Virus record (IMG/VR): IMGVR_UViG_3300031760_005061 | Location: 32,065 to 96,064 of that record | Reading direction: 5' to 3' (one strand) | DNA length: 64,000 bases | Source of the DNA: a virus | Lineage: Duplodnaviria; Caudoviricetes | Shown here: positions 62,607 through 64,000 of the stretch, in pieces | Layout of the letters: each line of letters begins with the position of its first letter | Numbering within the stretch: position 1 is the stretch's first letter | Notes under the pieces: model-generated | Told to the model about the DNA's origin: nothing | The model's database searches: none | The model's input: only the letters and a program-made list of their open reading frames with translations | Program-made: the position numbers and the translations under genes

Positions 62607-63561
62607 TGAATCATTCACCGATTATTTTGTAAGGTTATTTGAGCATAAGAAGTTGTACAACCTTAACTGCCAAGATATAGCAGAACTGCTCAACGCCGAG
62701 TCCGGAGAGGAATATACCGAATCAAAGTGGCGCAAGGAATACGCCGCATTTAACAGAGGAAGACTGTACGAAAGAAACCAGATGGAGTCCGGTGTGGCTA
62801 CGAGGATTCTCGCATTAAGCGACTTTCATTATCCCTTCCAGCTTCCTCAAGAAACATTTAAAGAGTATTGCGGACAGATAGACGTCCTCGTAATTAACGG
62901 CGATCTGTTTGATATGCAGAGCATCTCGAAATTCCAGAAGGCATACAGAATAAACTTCATGGAAGAGTTGATAGGATGTCGTCAGTATACGATTGACTTG
63001 ATCGAATACCTTAGTCCTAAGCGCGTAGTATTTACATCCGGCAATCACGAAAAGAGAATGTCGACATATCTCCAGAAAAATCTCGATGCAGAGATTAAGG
63101 AGCTTATGCCGGAAACAGCGCTTGACTTAATTGTTAACGACGGGTTCTATCATTACGATAAAAGGAAAAGAAGTAAGACATGGTACGAGCCGATATGCAA
63201 TCTGTTTGATAATATCTCCATAGAGTATGACGGCAGCTGGTATGTCAAGATCGGCAAAACAATCTTTGCTCATCCGTCTACATATTCCAGCGGAATGCTC
63301 AAGACGGCAGAGAAAGCCATAGAGTGGGCATATAGAAATATCAGAGACTTCGACTGTATGGTTATGGCTCACACGCATAAGCTCGGTAGCTACATACAGG
63401 GCGACGCTTATCTGTTCGAACAGGGTTGTCTGTGCAAGACAGAAGAAATGCTCTACATGGACGGAAAACTTACTCTTCCGCAGCAGAAAGGTTTTGTGCT
63501 GATTGCTCAAGACAAGAACGGAAGTTTGATGTACGATAAGTGCAAACTTGTTCAGTTATGA
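62581..63561 (+). CDS. Metallophosphoesterase with N-terminal helical (HTH-like) domain
   Basis: LSDFH, NGD, GNHE, AH, AHTH. Confidence 0.85.
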   Translation: MSQTERRNDESFTDYFVRLFEHKKLYNLNCQDIAELLNAESGEEYTESKWRKEYAAFNRGRLYERNQMESGVATRILALSDFHYPFQLPQETFKEYCGQIDVLVINGDLFDMQSISKFQKAYRINFMEELIGCRQYTIDLIEYLSPKRVVFTSGNHEKRMSTYLQKNLDAEIKELMPETALDLIVNDGFYHYDKRKRSKTWYEPICNLFDNISIEYDGSWYVKIGKTIFAHPSTYSSGMLKTAEKAIEWAYRNIRDFDCMVMAHTHKLGSYIQGDAYLFEQGCLCKTEEMLYMDGKLTLPQQKGFVLIAQDKNGSLMYDKCKLVQL

Positions 63562-63583
63562 TTAAAGGATGAAAGGAACTAAA

Positions 63584-63868
63584 ATGAATAGAGACGAATT
63601 TGTAAGGAAAGTGGCGGATAAATACAACGTCAATATCAAAGACACTAAATTATGGTTCGACGCATTCGTCGACGTTCTCGCAGAGTCGGTAACCGAGGAC
63701 GATATAAAGATAAGGAACTTCGGCAACTTCGAGCTTCGCACAATGAAGCCCAAGATCGCGAGGAACCTTAACGACAATACAGAGGTACACGTGCCGGCGA
63801 GAAAGAAGCTCTACTTCGTGCCGTGTCCCAAAATTGCAGAAAAGATTAAATCCTTACCGGTAGAATAA
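63584..63868 (+). CDS. hup: HU/IHF-family DNA-binding protein
   Basis: MNRDEF...IRNFGNF....K..ARN......VPA.....F.P. Confidence 0.9.
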   Translation: MNRDEFVRKVADKYNVNIKDTKLWFDAFVDVLAESVTEDDIKIRNFGNFELRTMKPKIARNLNDNTEVHVPARKKLYFVPCPKIAEKIKSLPVE

Positions 63869-63897
63869 TACAAACGACCGGAAACTGCATCGGCTCA

Positions 63898-63945
63898 GTT
63901 ATAGTTTTCTGTTACCACCCCCTTTGACGGAAGACAACTTATAAC
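63898..63945 (+). ncRNA. Candidate 3'-UTR sRNA hairpin with C-rich anti-SD loop
   Basis: Stem GTTATA-GTT-TTCTGTTA / TGACGGAA-AAC-TATAAC; loop CCACCCCCTT. Confidence 0.5.
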
Positions 63946-63952
63946 CGACTAA

Positions 63953-63988
63953 ATAGCGCTCTGCAATAGCGGAGCGCTATATTTCTTT
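63953..63988 (+). terminator. Intrinsic terminator
   Basis: ATAGCGCTCTGC-aata-GCGGAGCGCTAT then a T-rich tail. Confidence 0.75.
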
Positions 63989-64000
63989 AATACGGAGTGA

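Noticed and set aside
1-64000. Complete DGR (reverse transcriptase, template repeat) or retron
   Set aside because: No RT motif-bearing ORF and no AAY-rich template repeat was found in this window.

Overview
A 64 kb segment of a large temperate phage of a Firmicute host (probably Clostridia), organised like SPbeta. It is apparently in the non-integrated form, because attP looks intact. Layout: (1) 1-10.4 kb, + strand: tail-fibre/adhesin genes, a sortase-like gene and a lysis cassette. (2) 10.7-12.0 kb: tyrosine integrase and an attP whose core is the 3' end of a tmRNA/tRNA-Ala. (3) 12-55 kb, - strand early/middle arm: many small unknown genes; a 1.55 kb non-coding island with 4 tRNA or tRNA-like genes separated by heavily structured spacers; nucleotide metabolism (dut, nrdD, nrdG, glutaredoxin); replication and recombination (dnaE, primase-helicase, exonuclease, SSB, ERF); iscS; a LexA-box-controlled operon with an active and a degenerate tyrosine recombinase; orphan HicA and MazF; PcfJ. 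(4) 55.1-57.1 kb: a compositionally aberrant divergence zone with GC tandem repeats and a sigma/LuxR-HTH gene, possibly a genome end. (5) 57.7-64 kb, + strand: SF2 helicase, YonO-like single-subunit RNA polymerase, phosphoesterase and HU. The most striking unexplained signals are the ornate RNAs between the tRNAs, a hup 3'-UTR hairpin carrying 13 nt complementary to the RNA polymerase ribosome-binding site, two families of repeated cis-elements, several ATA/ATC starts beside an unconventional initiator-like tRNA, and a DGR-like variable region with no reverse transcriptase in view. All family assignments come from motif recognition by eye; no searches were run.
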